This document shows positions 63,624 to 64,000 of a stretch of 64,000 nt of DNA, piece after piece. The DNA is from Dimorphilus gyrociliatus (taxonomy: Eukaryota > Animalia > Annelida), in contig CAJFCJ010000001.1 in assembly GCA_904063045.1 (NCBI GenBank), positions 3,286,001 through 3,350,000 on the forward strand. Direction: 5' to 3'. The notes under the pieces were generated by a model. The model saw only the letters and a list, made by a program, of their open reading frames with translations, was not told the origin of the DNA and searched no databases. The stretch's first letter is position 1. Each line of letters begins with the position of its first letter. The position numbers and the translations under genes are program-made.

Positions 63624-64000
63624 AGTATTGAACTTTGAAATTGTTATAATATTGTGAAAGTTAAGAATGTTTTAATTAAATATTAATTGAAAATGATGAA
63701 AATTGTAACTGTAATGAAATGAAAGTCAATAATGATGCTTATTGATAGGTTGATTTTTTGTTTATGATAAAAATTATGATTCCTCTCTTAATACAAGCTG
63801 ATGACTTTTGATGATCAAAGCCAATAGTTCTTTTATATTATTAATATTGAAAAAAGAATTATTTGCTCTTTGTAGAAGAATATTTGTTTATTATTGAATC
63901 ACATAAAGAAATATATAGTATAATAGATAACATTTTTCTATCTTGTTTAAGAGAAGAAATATTTCACTATTTCATTAATTTGATATCCAAATAATGATAT

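Noticed and set aside
1-64000. CRISPR arrays, rRNA or tRNA genes
   Set aside because: No repeat-spacer arrays or recognisable structural RNA genes seen; the sequence is eukaryotic and intron-containing.

Overview
AT-rich animal genomic DNA with mostly 55-100 bp introns. The compact structure suggests a miniature invertebrate genome, such as a meiofaunal annelid, but I cannot identify the species from sequence alone. The first 25 kb is gene-dense: the 3' end of an unknown gene, a TRPA-type ankyrin ion channel, Pur-alpha on the minus strand, a tiny TIR-only gene, a TMEM268-like gene and a DUF229 gene. The remaining 37 kb is a tandem array of 11-exon genes for about 1,790-aa cysteine-rich (CXXC/furin-like) surface proteins. 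Each has a signal peptide, a C-terminal Ly6/uPAR three-finger domain and a GPI-type tail. Copies A (27149-33138) and D (57577-63623) are intact. Copy B (37196-43385) has one frameshift, and copy C (47285-52379) is a pseudogene hit by a MITE and a Tc1 element. Orphan, deleted and inverted exon fragments lie between the copies. The paralogs share a conserved scaffold, but a central ~230-codon region keeps little beyond its cysteine skeleton. The 3' exons look homogenised between copies. This pattern suggests a diversifying surface-antigen or recognition-receptor locus; that function is an inference.
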